A stretch of 64,000 nt of DNA from Raja brachyura (taxonomy: Eukaryota): assembly GCA_963514005.1 (NCBI GenBank), contig OY740802.1, forward strand, positions 32,302,001 to 32,366,000. Direction: 5' to 3'. Under the pieces are notes generated by a model. The model worked only from the letters and a program-made list of their open reading frames with translations. It searched no databases and was not told the DNA's origin. How positions within the stretch are numbered: position 1 is the stretch's first letter; each line of letters begins with the position of its first letter. The translations under genes and the position numbers were made by a program. Below, in pieces: positions 12,460 to 25,749 of this stretch.

Positions 12460-12756
12460 ATCTTGCATCCCTGTAATTATTTTAGATAATAAAGTTATTA
12501 ACAATCTAAAATAATACTTTTACAGTTTCAAGTTGCATACACACCAGTCAGCCAGTTTTATCTAACTGGATATAGACAAAATGCTGGAGTAACTCAGCGG
12601 GATAGTCAGCATCTCTAGAGAAAAAGATCTCTAGAGAGAAGATCTCTAGAGATCTTGCATCTCTGTAATTATTTTAGATAATAAAGTTATTAACAATCTA
12701 AAATAATACTTTTACAGTTTCAAGTTGCATACACACCAGTCAGCCAGTTTTATCTA
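12460..12756. repeat. 105-bp direct duplication flanking a PLE-terminal fragment
   Basis: 12460-12564 matches 12652-12756 with one mismatch. The spacer holds the PLE fragment and three atctctagag units. Confidence 0.92.
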
Positions 12757-13004
12757 GTAAGGATCTAGAGGCTACAACTAACGTCAACTTTTCCCACAAG
12801 ACCATTTGCTGAATATTTTTCAATTTTCTCTAGTTTCAACTGCTTGAAAAAGAGTCACATTTTATTTTCAAATATTCACAATGTGGGACGAGATATTGCA
12901 GAATGGTGCTTTTGTAATTTAATTGCTTGATGTTTCTAATGGTCTCATCGTGAAACAAATTTGCCACCTTCTTTAGCAACAAATACAGGAGCTGCACAGG
13001 TTAT

Positions 13005-13165
13005 GAACTTAGAACAGTACAGCCCAGAAATAGGCCATAATGTCTGTGCTGAACATGATGTCAAGTTATACTACACCCATGCCAGCAAGCGATCCATACC
13101 CTCCATTCATTGGATATCCATGTGCCTTTCTAAAAGCCACGTGAATGCCTTTATTGTGTCTTAAA
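13005..13165 (-). mobile_element. CR1-type 3' UTR fragment
   Basis: gaacttagaacagtacagcccagaaataggcc...atccatgtgcctttctaaaagcc. Confidence 0.55.
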
Positions 13166-13937
13166 TGTCCTGAACTATAGAAATCTGACGTTGCACAAAT
13201 TTTCCCCATACAGTTTTGAAGCATTTTTTAAGATAGTAAAAATAATCGACTATAGCTCTATGACTGTTTCATGGTGTTCATTAATGAATGGACACAGTAT
13301 ATATTTCATTAGATTAATAATGCATAGTGCTAGGGTGAATGCTTGATGAAATTAAAGAATTATAGCAGGTGTATATTGAGTGATATGATAGGGGATAGTC
13401 AACAGACATTTCTGAGCAATATAGAAATCGGCCTACAGAGAGCTCTCTACAACTACTGTCTATAACCTGCGGTCTATCTAGGTTGCATTTAATTGAAATA
13501 AAGTAAAATTCTAAATACCTGCCATCTGATTGCTTTGAAATCTCAATGATTTAGCACCTGGCTTACCAGGTGAAGGGTTTGCTGTGCTTCTTTTCCACTC
13601 AGAGTCCTACACTCCTTTTCCACTCACCTGCTTCAGTTGAAAATTGTAATGTTGCATACATTAGCAACAAGTTAATTGAAGCTTAGTAAATTACTTTTAA
13701 TAAAGCTTTTTAATTGAAGTGTGCTGCGGTATTAATAGAAATAATATCTAATAGTTTGGAAAATCTGCCAGTCTGGCACCAAAGTTCCAAATACGACTGA
13801 TCAGCCCAGTTTGGTTGCAGTCACTACTTAAGTGACAGATTCTAACAATATTTTCTTATGTCACTGAAAAGGAATCTTGATCGATTGTCAGGATTCCCCA
13901 GAGGTACATAACAACAAAATATTCACCAATGCTCACT

Positions 13938-14213
13938 GCGGTACAGTGATGCAGCGTTAGAGTTGCTGCGCCAGACCCTGGTTCGATTCTGTCTCCAGGT
14001 GCTGTCTGTATGGAGTTTGGACGTTCACCCCTTGACTCTGTGGGCTTTCTCCGGATGCTCCAGTTTCCACCCACACTCCAAAGACAGATATATTTGTAGG
14101 TTAATTGGTATGTTAAATTGTCCCTAACGTGCAGGATAGTGTACAGTGATCGCTAGTCGACGCACACTCCGTGGGCCGAATGGCCTGGTTCCACACGGTA
14201 TCTCTAACCTAAA
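13938..14213 (+). mobile_element. HE1-type V-SINE
   Basis: A- and B-box remnants (ggttcgatt), V-domain, tail gggccgaatggcctggttccacacggtatctctaa. Confidence 0.85.
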
Positions 14214-15123
14214 ATTTGAGTTTTTGCAATTTCCCCAATCCCATAAATGTTCCCTTTATGAGATCGCTCAAGATTCTAAAATTCTCCAAACTACACACTG
14301 CTCTCAATATTCACATGCACATGCATTACCCATGTTCCATGGATTGCCAACGAAATTACGACATTGAACATAACAGGTATATAAACTTAAACTGTCACCA
14401 GAAACTGACCAGAAAAAAAAATTACAATCAATTAATCATAAAAAATAAATTACAGAACATAAACTTGAGTGAACTATTCAATTAGCTGGACATTTTAAAT
14501 TTGGATAGTAGCTGTTACGTTGCCTAAACAGGCAACTCGCTGTAAAATGAAAAATAAACTATATATTGTTAAAATGCAAATATATTACTTTGGTGAACAA
14601 GAGGCCACAGTGAAGTCCTGCTTTGCATATGCATGTTGCATGACTAAGACAAAACAAATATTTGGAAATACCTCTATATGTACACAGGATGTTGAGAAAA
14701 TGCACACAGCATTAATACCCTTAAACTGGTACCTTAAAAATAATCTAAAATTCTCTCAAATTTATTCTCATTAATTCCACTGATCTCTCACAGTCGTCAT
14801 TTACACGGATTTGGAGAGTAACAGAAGGTAAAGAAAACAAATTAATTTGCGCTGATCATTTAAACTATTTAGAGATTGCATTTTGAATGAAAATATATTC
14901 ATATATGCAGAGATCTCTCCTTGTCCCGCAGGTATTATTTGTATACCATACTAACCAATATGCTTGGTTAATGTACAATCAATAAAGATAAATATTTAAG
15001 CTATTTTTAAGTGCCTGCATGGCCATGCGCTGAAAAGCCTTCTGTGTTGGCATCATTCATTGTATTTACAATATTATTACTATGCATTCATCAATTAGAA
15101 ATTTGCAAGTGTGCAATCACAAT

Positions 15124-15345
15124 GTACGTCCTCCTCTGGTTACAGCAAAGTTCCATTCCTGAGAATAGCTTGTAACCTGCACAGTTCGCATGTTGGAAAA
15201 GCGATCGTGTACGGAATTCCCACGCGGCAGAAGATGCCTTCAGCCCCACAAAAATTGGCAAATCCATCCCACCCGTTCCAAAAACTCGCTCATATGTACA
15301 GGTTGTACACAAGTCGGGCATTCATAAGCTGGGGATGACCAGCCT
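15124..15345. mobile_element. Decayed Tigger/pogo-like MITE
   Basis: Remnants of ggttac...gttccattcct and repeated aagtcgggc/taagctgggga subterminal motifs. TIRs are degenerate. Confidence 0.3.
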
Positions 15346-15439
15346 ACAGATTGTTTGCTTTCCCAACAAGAGTCAGTAGATTGCAGATCATAAAAACAAC
15401 CCAGAAGTCTAGAGCAAAAATTGAAGTTGATGCTCCACT

Positions 15440-15776
15440 AGAGTTCTGACAAGATGCCAAAGATACAGTTTATTGGATAAAACATTTAAGCAAGGCTCCG
15501 TCTAAGCTGGTGTAATAGATTCCATGCTGCGATTTTATAAAGTCTACAAGACCCACCCCCATATTCTGGTCCCAGTATTGATATCCACACTCATCATTAC
15601 TAAGACGAATCATCTGGCGATTATCACACTGCATTTCTGGGAGCCTGGCATGGCCAAATTCACGATAGTGCATCCCATTTTACAACAGTGAATGCAATTC
15701 AAAAGTAATTCAGCATCTGCAAGTTCTTTACCACGCTTCAAAGTCAAAACTTGCACATAAATGCTGGTCTCTTTAC
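15440..15776 (+). mobile_element. Ancient DeuSINE relic
   Basis: atcatctggcgattatcacactgc...gggagc...ttacaacagtga...ttcaaaagta resembles the Deu domain and tail. Confidence 0.6.
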
Positions 15777-16259
15777 ATCTGTAAATTCAATAATTATTTT
15801 ATTGTCACATGTATCGAGATACAGTGAAATGCTTTGTTTTGCATACAACACAAAAATAAGCAAACTCTACATGCACACAAACATTCAGCCAATTGTAATT
15901 TTGACTGAAGGATTCTCCCTCCCCCCCCCCCCCCTCCACTACTTTTGCAGTCAATTTACATGATGATCCCATTTCATGCACAACTAATATTTTCCAGTCT
16001 CTTCCACAGTTCAATCATTATCTTTGTCTTATAGATTCTACAATCAGAAGTAGTGAGTAGATAACCCAACTTCCTAAGTCCCCACCATTGCATCGGCAAG
16101 TGATATCAAGAAACAGCTGATCGCATTGGACAGAACAATGGCTACAGGACCTGTTGTCAACCCGTTGCACACCTGATACTGAAGACATTTGTTCCACAGC
16201 TAGCTGTCCCTTAATGCATGCTGTTCTAATATATGCATCCAACTAACAGTGTGGAAATT

Positions 16260-17595
16260 TCCCCCTTTAAGTCCAGGTCCATCTGTCCCAAAGCAAGACA
16301 AATCCAAATTGGATAATTACCATCCAATCAATCCACTCTCCATCGTTAAATTGATAGACGTGATCTTTGACAGTGCTATCAAGAGATTTATATTCTCCAA
16401 TAATTTGCTCGTTAATTCAGAGTCTGGATTTTGTCAGGACCTCTCTACTCCACATCTCATTTGAACCTTGGTCCAACCATAGATCCAAGAGCTGAATTCA
16501 TAATGCAAGGAGAGAATAGCTGCCCTGCTAACATTGAAGTTAATGAATGACATGAGGAAAATACTCCAATGGCTTATGTAATATCTGTAGCTGATTTTTG
16601 GGGGGGGGTCAAATCATCAGGCCTAGCGGGACAGGTTCGCCTTCAGCTGCTGCAAAACCATCTTATTTTGGTCCAAAATGGAGATGTTCATTGATGTTCA
16701 AATCCTTTCACAACTCCTCAGTAAACAAAGCAACCCACAGCAAGAATTAAACAGCAGTCAAGTAAAGGGCCGACAGCTTGAAAGTAACATTCACATGACA
16801 AAGCCACCAAGCAATGACAACCTCCAATGAAAGAGTATAACATTCCACGAATTCTCATTGCGGAGTATTTCACCATCAACATTGTGGAGGAACGAACTGC
16901 AGATGCTGGTTTAAACCAAAGATATACACAAAAAGCTGGAGTAACTCAGCGGGACAGGCAGCATCTCTGGAGAGAAGGAATGGGAGGCGTTCCAGTTTGA
17001 GACCCTCCTTTATGTCACCTATTCCTTCTCTCTGGAAATGCTGCCTGTCCCGCTGAGTTACTCCAACATTGTGGAAATCTGCATTGACCAGAAAATCAAC
17101 TGGATTAGCTACATTATCACAGCTAACAGAAGCTGTGTATCCTGTGCTGAGTGATGCACCTCACGACACTTCTCAGCCTTTTCACTATCTACAAGGCACA
17201 GGTCAGAGGAGAACTTTCCATTTGCCTGAATTAATGTTGCTCACACCAACCAGACAAATCAACTGGCAAACCAGGATTGCAGTGTTTACCATCAACAAAA
17301 TAAACTTCATTATTCACCAGGCCACACTGACAATACATGACCTCTACCACCAAGGTAGTGCAAACATAGGAACAGCATCATCTCCAGGTTCCCCTCCAAA
17401 TTGCACGTCATATCTGTTCTGGAAAAATAGATCACAATATCAAAATCCTTAAACTTCCAACCCAACACAGTAAGAATACTTTCACCAGGAGTACTGGAAG
17501 GTTTAAAAAGATGGGCTTAGCACCTTAAGGACAAGGCAGGGAAGGCTATAAATTCTGGCCTTGCTACTGACATCTCTATCTTGTGGAAAAAAACT
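16260..17595 (+). mobile_element. Old non-LTR retrotransposon (CR1/L2-supergroup RT fragment plus 3' tail)
   Basis: PKQDKSKLDNYHPINPLSI...NNLL...GF (RT N-terminal NYRPISLL motif). A later TINIxx|IDQKINW segment is split by the PLE insert. A-rich tail. Confidence 0.7.
16889..17063. mobile_element. Inverted PLE-terminal pair with 12-bp TSD
   Basis: Minus copy then plus copy. caacattgtgga at 16877-16888 and 17064-17075. Confidence 0.88.
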
Positions 17596-17661
17596 TTTAA
17601 ATACCGACCACAATCCAAAATGATAATCTTTAAGTTATTTGTTCACAATGGCACATTACTT

Positions 17662-17945
17662 GGGGTAGCACGGTGGTGCAGCGGTAGAGTTTCTGCATTA
17701 CAGGGCCACAGTCCCGTGTGCAATTCTGATCACGAGTGTTGTCTGTAGTGCTTGTATGTTCTCCCAGTAACCTGCATGGGTTTTCTCCTGGTGCACCAGT
17801 TTAATCCCATATTCCAAAGTCATACAGGTCAATTAGATTAGGTAAAATTGTAAGTGGCCCCAAGTGTGTTTAGGACAGTGTTAGTGTGCGGGAATCGCTA
17901 GGCCGAACGAAGGGCCTGTTTCTGCACAGTATCTCCAAACTAAAC
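17662..17945 (+). mobile_element. HE1-type V-SINE
   Basis: gcacggtggtgcagcggtagag head; tail gaagggcctgtttctgcacagtatctccaaactaaac. Confidence 0.85.
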
Positions 17946-18939
17946 TTGCTGATGTAAAACTGTTTGAAGAAGCTTTCTAAAGCAAAGTAGAGTTTGCTAA
18001 GCAGTTCCATGAATAACAATTACGATTTCCCATTCGACTGGCATCAGGAAGGTGTGAGAAACTCCATAAAAAACACATGATTTAGAGCAGCATTATCCAA
18101 CAGGAGATATTGAGTGCAAATTGTAAAATTTAAAAATGAGCAACAAATAATTCACTTGAATACACTAGTACTATATTTCTATCAGCGTTGTAATAAAATA
18201 CCATGGGTACAGGAACTCTAGAGTAATAACGGAAAACAGTGGAAATACTCAAAGCAAGATCAAAATAATTTGGTCCCGGTTTATGACTTTTCATGGAAGT
18301 TAGCAATGTGATATGTTAAATGATGAAAGAAAGGAGTGGTGGGAGAGAAAATATAGAGCAGAAAATGTAGATGTCAGCACAAATCAAATGACAAAAAGTA
18401 TGAGTGTGGTGCTAGGGGGTGGGGTCGGACATGGAACAAGAAATAAAAGATGGATCTCAATTATGTAATATTGATATCTATAAATACATCAGTAAATAGA
18501 AGTTCTTCAGACTGACTACAGCACTACTGATGCAGGTATAAAATGATTAGAGGGCAGAATGCCGCGTACTGTATACTATTCTAGTTACCACACTACAGAA
18601 AGATATATTTGCAGTGGGGAAGATTTATGAGGTCGCTGCCAGGATGATTAGAACCTAATTGAATTGCAGTTGGGGTTTTTTTGGAACAAGGAAATTAGAG
18701 ATAACAGTTAAGGACAAACTGGTGCACAACACATTATGGTATTATTTTCTCATCTAAACATGGAACAAGCTTATTTGAACACCCCCACAATCAACTAGTA
18801 ATGGCACAAATAACAGACATTGAAACAATATGATAGAATCATTCCTCAATCCATGCTCAATCTGTTTATCTCAACTGGGTAGCAGGAGGCAGCGTCACAG
18901 GGTAGGGAATTAAAAAAGATAATTTAGTGGTCTCCAGCA

Positions 18940-19015
18940 AAACAAAATGCTGGAAGAGCTCAGCAGGACAGGCAGCATCTGTTGAGAGAAATGGATGGAC
19001 GATCATTCTTCAGAC
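18940..19015 (-). mobile_element. PLE-terminal fragment
   Basis: aaaatgctggaagagctcagcaggacaggcagcatct...ttcttcagac. Diverged TSD ttagtggtctcca/ttagtgatctcta. Confidence 0.75.
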
Positions 19016-19394
19016 TTAGTGATCTCTACACCTGTACATGCAATATTAAATAGGACAAGGTTTAACTCAAATGTGATGTCTCAATATATAAATTTTGGTT
19101 TACTCATAAATAGCAATCAAAGGCAGTAATTGAGGTATATTGCTCAGCATACAATTATCAGTAATAATCAAACAATTTCTCAGTTGCTACTGGTATGCTG
19201 GGGGACATAGCTGTTTTCTGAGAGTTAAGGGTGGGTGGTTCAGATGGGGAAATGAATAGCACTGGGAAGAGTCAAATACTGGCTTCAAACACCATCATTT
19301 TCCTCTGATTACTGTACAATGAAGATTGGTACAGTTTTGGATCCAAAGAAAGATAACACCAATAATTTGTATCTGATTTAGGGCAAATTCAATA

Positions 19395-19767
19395 NNNNNN
19401 NNNNNNNNNNNNNNNNNNNNNNNNNNNNNNNNNNNNNNNNNNNNNNNNNNNNNNNNNNNNNNNNNNNNNNNNNNNNNNNNNNNNNNNNNNNNNNNNNNNN
19501 NNNNNNNNNNNNNNNNNNNNNNNNNNNNNNNNNNNNNNNNNNNNNNNNNNNNNNNNNNNNNNNNNNNNNNNNNNNNNNNNNNNNNNNNNNNNNNNNNNNN
19601 NNNNNNNNNNNNNNNNNNNNNNNNNNNNNNNNNNNNNNNNNNNNNNNNNNNNNNNNNNNNNNNNNNNNNNNNNNNNNNNNNNNNNNNNNNNNNNNNNNNN
19701 NNNNNNNNNNNNNNNNNNNNNNNNNNNNNNNNNNNNNNNNNNNNNNNNNNNNNNNNNNNNNNNNNNN
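19395..19767. other. Assembly gap (N run)
   Basis: 373 N. Confidence 0.99.
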
Positions 19768-20713
19768 GAGCCCCAGAATGGGATTTTGAAAGATTTCCAA
19801 ATATAGGCCATTTGTCATTATGTGAAGCTTCGATAATTTAAACTAATTACGTTAAAAGTAATGAGAAACAAAGCACTGGAGAGAAACAATGCACTGGAGG
19901 ATAAAACACTTTAGCCAGAGGCCCTTGTTGAGATCCATGTGCCCGAGTCAGCTTTGTTCAGAGTTGTTAAAGCTTCAGAACTTTAACAAAACCTACATTT
20001 TCAATCTTTTCCCTTCTCCTTGGTAAATGTCAGTGAATATAAAACAGTTGTTTTCATTATTGGTTCCCATACTCCACACAACACAGCACAGGAAAGCAGC
20101 ATTTTTAGTTCTTGCCAACTACTCTGCATTCGACGTAGCTCCATCCGATGAAGGTCAAAAGTTTACAGAGTTTTTCCAGAAACTACAGTCAATCAAGGCA
20201 AAAAGTTCCACACTGCATACGTTTTGACCCTAACCAAATGCATTTTTTTTTCATTCTTTTTGTAGTGTTGTGGGCATGACCCATGAATGATTGAACATGC
20301 CAACTGCAGTTTAAAGCATTAATCCTCAAGGCAATTGTGACTAACTTTGGGTCATAAAAATATTCACAAGTTTCTCAGTGGATGGAAATAGTTAAACCTT
20401 TTGCATAACTATTGAGAATGAAAAATAGAATCTGTAAAAAGTTAAATGACAGCGACTTAATTGCAGAAAACTTAGTTGCACCATCTGCTTCCTGTGCTGT
20501 TGCTCATTATTTAACAACGTATTCCACAAGTTATATTTACCACAAAGAATTGTATGTATCAACAAAAGGCTGCTTGTCCCACGTGACACTGTATTTTCAG
20601 TTGCCATTTCTACTTGTATTCCGAAATAACAAGGTTAGCAAAATAAAAAGCCAATTTCAGCCCTTCCATTCAGAGAGCACTCAATATTATAATGTACATA
20701 AACCCAGAGCTTC

Positions 20714-20990
20714 AGAATAAAAGGACATACCTTTAGATAGATGAGGAGGAATTTCTTTAGTCAGAGAGTGGTGAATCTATGGAATTCATTGCCACAGATG
20801 GCTGCGGAGGCCGTCATTGGGTATTTTTAAGGCGGAGATTGACAGGTACTTGACAGTCAAGGGTGTCAAGGAATATTGGGGGAAGGCAAGAGAATAGATT
20901 TGAGGGGGAAATAAATCAGCCATGATTGAATTGCAGAGTAGACTTGATGAACCGAATGGCCTACCTCTGGTCCGATAACTTATGAACTTA
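20714..20990 (+). mobile_element. CR1-type LINE 3' end
   Basis: RRNFFSQRVVNLWNSLP-like coding followed by 3' UTR ...ccgaatggcctacctc. Confidence 0.8.
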
Positions 20991-21364
20991 TTAGCATATG
21001 TCAACCCACTCTGCCCCTCAAGCCTGTACTGCCATTTAACAAGATAAACAACTGCAAACACATCTCCATGTTCCTGTCTCCCTGCAGTAACTTTTCACCT
21101 TTTAAGGTTATCAAAAGTATATCACTGCACTGAAAATATTCCAATAATCAGCTTTCGACACTTTGAGGAAAGGTTCAAAACACGAAAAGAGCAGTGCTGG
21201 AATAGTTCAGTGGGCGAGGCAGGATCTCAGGAGAGAGAACATGAATAGACAAAGTTCGGGTTAGGTCGAGTTTGTTGTTTCTACAGTGCAAGACACCTGC
21301 CAGCCTCAATGAATTGCACCTCATTTCTGGTCTTATTTTTCCCTCTCGATCTATCTTTCCGTCT

Positions 21365-21620
21365 CAATCCCATTCTCCCGCCTTCTCCCCAGAGCCTTTT
21401 GCCCCCTTACTCAACAAGACCCATCAACGTCCCCTTTAAATAATACCCAATGATTTGGCCTTCAGAATACCTTGTGGCAATGAATTCCACAAATTCACAA
21501 CCTCTGGCTAAAGAAAATTAGCTGCCGAATCTCCTTACTAAAAGGTACGTCCTTTTATTCTGAGGATGTGCCGTCTGGTCCTCGACTTTCACACTACTGG
21601 AAATATCCTCTCCACATCCA
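21365..21620 (-). mobile_element. CR1-type LINE 3' fragment
   Basis: tgtggcaatgaattccac...ggctaaagaaa...aaaaggtacgtccttttattctgagg; reverse of the family at 20714. Confidence 0.7.
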
Positions 21621-23984
21621 CCTTCTCGAGGCCTACTCAGATTGTGCACTTCAAATGGTTTCTGATTTCATGTCTAGAAGCGAGGTCATGCCACTAACAT
21701 CAGCTGGATCTCCATGTTTGTGTATATCCTTTAAAATAGTGACATTTTTTTCCTACGATCTCCTTTTCACAAATTTTCAGCCATTTTAATCATTTATCAA
21801 CCACTGTAAATGAATAATCTTTGTCATGGACCTCATTTTGTGGAAATAATCTTTCCTGATTACCCAAGCACATTTTTTTCATGATTTTAAAATATCATAT
21901 TAAATCACCTATCAATTAATGGATATTTGCAGTATCTCACTCAGTCATAAATCTTTTTCATTTTCTGAATTAGGAAGAACAGGGAGGACACGTTTTGAAA
22001 TCCTCAAAATCCCCAGTATCATCACATAATTGACCCCACTAATCAACAAAAACTTTCAAGCAAATCTGCTCTGGATCTCCTCCAAATTCTTGACATCCTT
22101 CCCAAAGACTGGTTCCCAAAACTGAGCACAAGGCAATTTTGTTAAAATGCGTAACGTAACATAACGCCTCTACTAATACAAGATTTCATACTTTTGCACG
22201 CTTACTGAACAGTCTTGTCAACTCATCCTGTTGCCAAACATCTGTATTTACCCTTTATTTTTTTCGAAAAAAAAGCCTCATTTTGTATTTTGAAATGCAT
22301 CACTTCAAACTTCCAGTATGAAATATTGACTGTCCATTTCTGTTTACCTCCTACTGATGCCTATTAGACCCAGCATTGTTTCAACTATTCAAACTTTTGT
22401 ATCATTACACAGCATCCATTCTACCAACGTCCACGTCATTTAATATTAAACAAGCAATGGTCCCTGGAGGACATTACTTGTGAACTCATAGATATGGAAA
22501 AAACAATTGCCACTATGAGAGCCTGCTTTCTGTCTCCATCCATGCTGCCAATTAACCTTCAATTCCTTAGATACTAATTTTGCGATAATGTTATCCTTTG
22601 TCAAAGAGCTTTTGATGGCCCATATAATTATCACCTGCAAAACCTTTATCAAAATTGTCCATTAATTCTTCCACTTGAAACAACTTGGCAGACACAACTT
22701 TAAAAAAAAAAAATCTATTTTGCCATTAATTAACCCTTACTTTTCCAAGTTAATCACTTTCATTCTTAAGATCATTCGAATTTTCTCCATCACTGATAAA
22801 GCATGGAGAGTAACTGCATAATTGAAAGAGACATGATGGAGATGACAGAGATACAGGCAATCCCCATGTTTTGACAGGTTTGTTCCGTTCCCTAGAACTG
22901 TTCTCAACCTGTGGTGTTCTCAGGTCGGAAAAGAACAGAGTTTGTGGAAGGGGATCAGCAGCAAAGGGAACATGTGAGCCAGAAGAGTGGCCGACTGGCG
23001 GCCTAAATAACATAGTAAAAATATGAGTCCGGTCAGTACTCATATTTCTATTCAATCCATCCCATTTCTTGCACCTCATTGAAGCAGTGGGGAGAGAAAT
23101 GAGAAGAGGGGAGGGGCAAGGGTAAAGAGGCAAATGGAAATGCCTCATTGCCACCTGGCAGAAGAATGCCTACTGCCCCACACCAGCCAGCAAATCTATT
23201 CCCAAGTTCATGAATCAGTTTGTAAAAAGGCATTTTTATCAGCATAGGAGAATGATTACAAGCAATTCATGGAATTTGCCCAATTCAGAGCCAATTGTGG
23301 TATATTTATTTCCTCAACATTGTGTTATTTCAGATATCCATCATTCCTTTGCATCTTTTATCTGCACTAAATATCTGAGTTTGTGTGCATTAAATATCTG
23401 AATTATTACTTATTGCTATTGCTTCAGATGTCACAATGCTATATTGTAAACTAAAAAGTGGGAGCTACATAAAACATGTTAAATGTCATAATTCCTCTAA
23501 ATACAAACTTAATTTTACAATATAGAATTTTGATGCACAGAAGGGAACTAAAAACATTTCACTTGGCTTATTTCAGAACATCAGTTACATAATATTAGGT
23601 TTGCCTTTTTTTTATTACGGTAGCTTGTAATTAATTTTTTTCTGAACAACATAATAGGTATGAGAGGATGCCAAACACAATATACAGAATGGTAAGCTGT
23701 CATTCATGGTTGGCCTTTTGATGTAAAGGGATCAAAAGTCAATAGCACTAGGGCCAAACAGAAGCATTGTGCACACAGCAGTCAAACTATCACCTCCATT
23801 ATCCAAACAGTAAAAATAAGTTTTCATTTAAATGGGTAATTTTGATAGTTTATCATCTGAATATGGTGTAATGACCAATATGACAGACTAATAAAACAGA
23901 CTAATGTGAACAACGCACACAAACACACAATCATAGATAGTGAGAAGCATGAGCCTCTATCTGTTTATATTTTTTGATAACTTT

Positions 23985-24400
23985 CAAACTCTCATCTTTT
24001 ATGTGTGTATATGTGCGTGTCTTTAGATTTTCGCAAAAACACTATGCGGTAACGATTACATTTTTACATATTCCGATTCACATTTTTCCCCTCTAAGCAG
24101 TGAACAGCTTCACTGAAGATGTTATGCTTTATTTCTTGACTTGTTGCTAAAGTTAAAAAAAAAAGACCCCCTTTTAAAACAACCAGCTTCCACTGATGAC
24201 GTCACAATGAGGTTGGCTCGGCTCGGAGCCCGTATCACACACAGATTTATTCCACGAGCTTAGAATTACGTCTCCCCCCCCCCCACCCAGGTTATTCAAA
24301 ATCCCCCCCCCCCTGGTTATTCATACTTCTCTCCCTCCCCCCCCCCCCCAATGCACGCGTGTGCGCGTGTGGGTGTCACGCCGCAGGCCGCGCGCCCCCG
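23985..24400 (+). mobile_element. Helitron-like fragment related to 8816-9778
   Basis: Shares gccgcaggccgcgcgc (16 bp identical to 9726-9741), gacgtcac motifs, (tg)n near its start and poly-C tracts. Confidence 0.45.
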
Positions 24401-24466
24401 AGTAATTAACACTACTCAGACATTACAAATAATGATCACAAACATGGTATTAACCTTTATTGTGCA

Positions 24467-24606
24467 ACTGCCAAGCTATTAAGGTGTTATAATGTACCAT
24501 CTACATTTACATATTCACCTATATAATATTCATATTACATAGGTGAATATCACTGCCAGGCTATTAAGGTGTTATAATGTACCATCTACATTTACATATT
24601 CACCTA
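24467..24606. repeat. 55-bp direct duplication with fold-back spacer
   Basis: 24467-24521 matches 24552-24606 with one mismatch. The spacer contains ataggtgaatat, the reverse complement of the repeat end. Confidence 0.9.
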
Positions 24607-25110
24607 CCTGTGCTTGGCCCATATCCCAGTAAGCCTGTCCTATCCATGTACTTAAAATGTTTCTTAAACATTGCGATAGTACCTGCCGCAACTACCTCCT
24701 CTGACAGCTTGTTCCATACACCCACCACCCTTTGAATAAAAAAGTTACCCCACAGATTACTATTACATTTTTTCCCTCACCTAAACCTACGTCCTCCGGT
24801 TCTTGATTCCCCAACTCTGGGCAAGAGACTCTGTACATTTACCTGATCCATTCTCTCATGAGTTTGTACATCTCTAGAAGATCACATCCCATCCTTCTGC
24901 ACTCCAAGGAATAGAGTCCTAGCCTGCTCAACCTCCCCCTATAGTTCGGGCCATCGCATCCCGACAACATCCTCGTAAATCTTGTCTGCACTCTTTCCAG
25001 TTTGACAACATCTTTCCAATAAAATGCTGCCCAAAACAGAACACCATACTCTAAATGTGGCCTCACCAACATCTTATATTTCTGAAACATGACCTCACAA
25101 CTTTTATACT
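24607..25110 (-). mobile_element. HER1/CR1 LINE 3' fragment
   Basis: ORF 24839-25090 reads YKMLVRPHLEYGVLFWAAFYWKDVVKLERVQTRFTRML...LGLYSLECRR. Confidence 0.88.
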
Positions 25111-25139
25111 CAATTAATGAACTAAGACTATTATAAAAC

Positions 25140-25310
25140 TAATATACTATAATGCTGAAAACTATATTCTGCACTGTGCATCTTACCTCTATTATACTAG
25201 AGTTTGACCTAATTGTATTTATGTATAGTATAGCTGATCTGCTAGGACACCTGATAAAACAAAGCTTTTCACTGCACCTTGGTAAACATGATAATAATAA
25301 ACTTAAACCT
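25140..25310 (+). mobile_element. LINE 3' UTR fragment (Rex1/L2-type tail)
   Basis: aaagcttttcactgcaccttggtaaacatgataataataaac. Related reversed tails lie at 15795-15845 and 26295-26410. Confidence 0.55.
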
Positions 25311-25749
25311 TATCGTCTATCTTTTGGAAATACATAACTTTGTGCTTTTGTGAAGACAGTTACACAAGCAAGGTTTGAAACTTTTAAAGTCGACTTGGGA
25401 AAGCAATGTTTGTTAGAATGACGATTTTAAATGTTTTGTATTTACAAAAGTGTACAAGAAAAAAAAGGACTTGAAGTATACAATTGATAACTGAACTGTT
25501 AAAAACAATCTATGCATCAACAAATGTATGCACTGAGAAATCAGAAACAGATCAGGGTTGGTATGGATTTGTAAAACCACTTTGCCATTAAATGAATGAG
25601 CCAAATTGAAAGCAATGGCATTCTAGAATATAAAACCAACTGCTACAATGTGTATTCTTTACATGGGCTAAGTTTAATTTGACGACTATAGCAAATCAGG
25701 ATAGCATATACTTGATGTATCATTTATGACAATAAATGGAGTGTGATGA

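Noticed and set aside
19378-19818. 140-146 aa ORFs
   Set aside because: Almost entirely X from the assembly gap.
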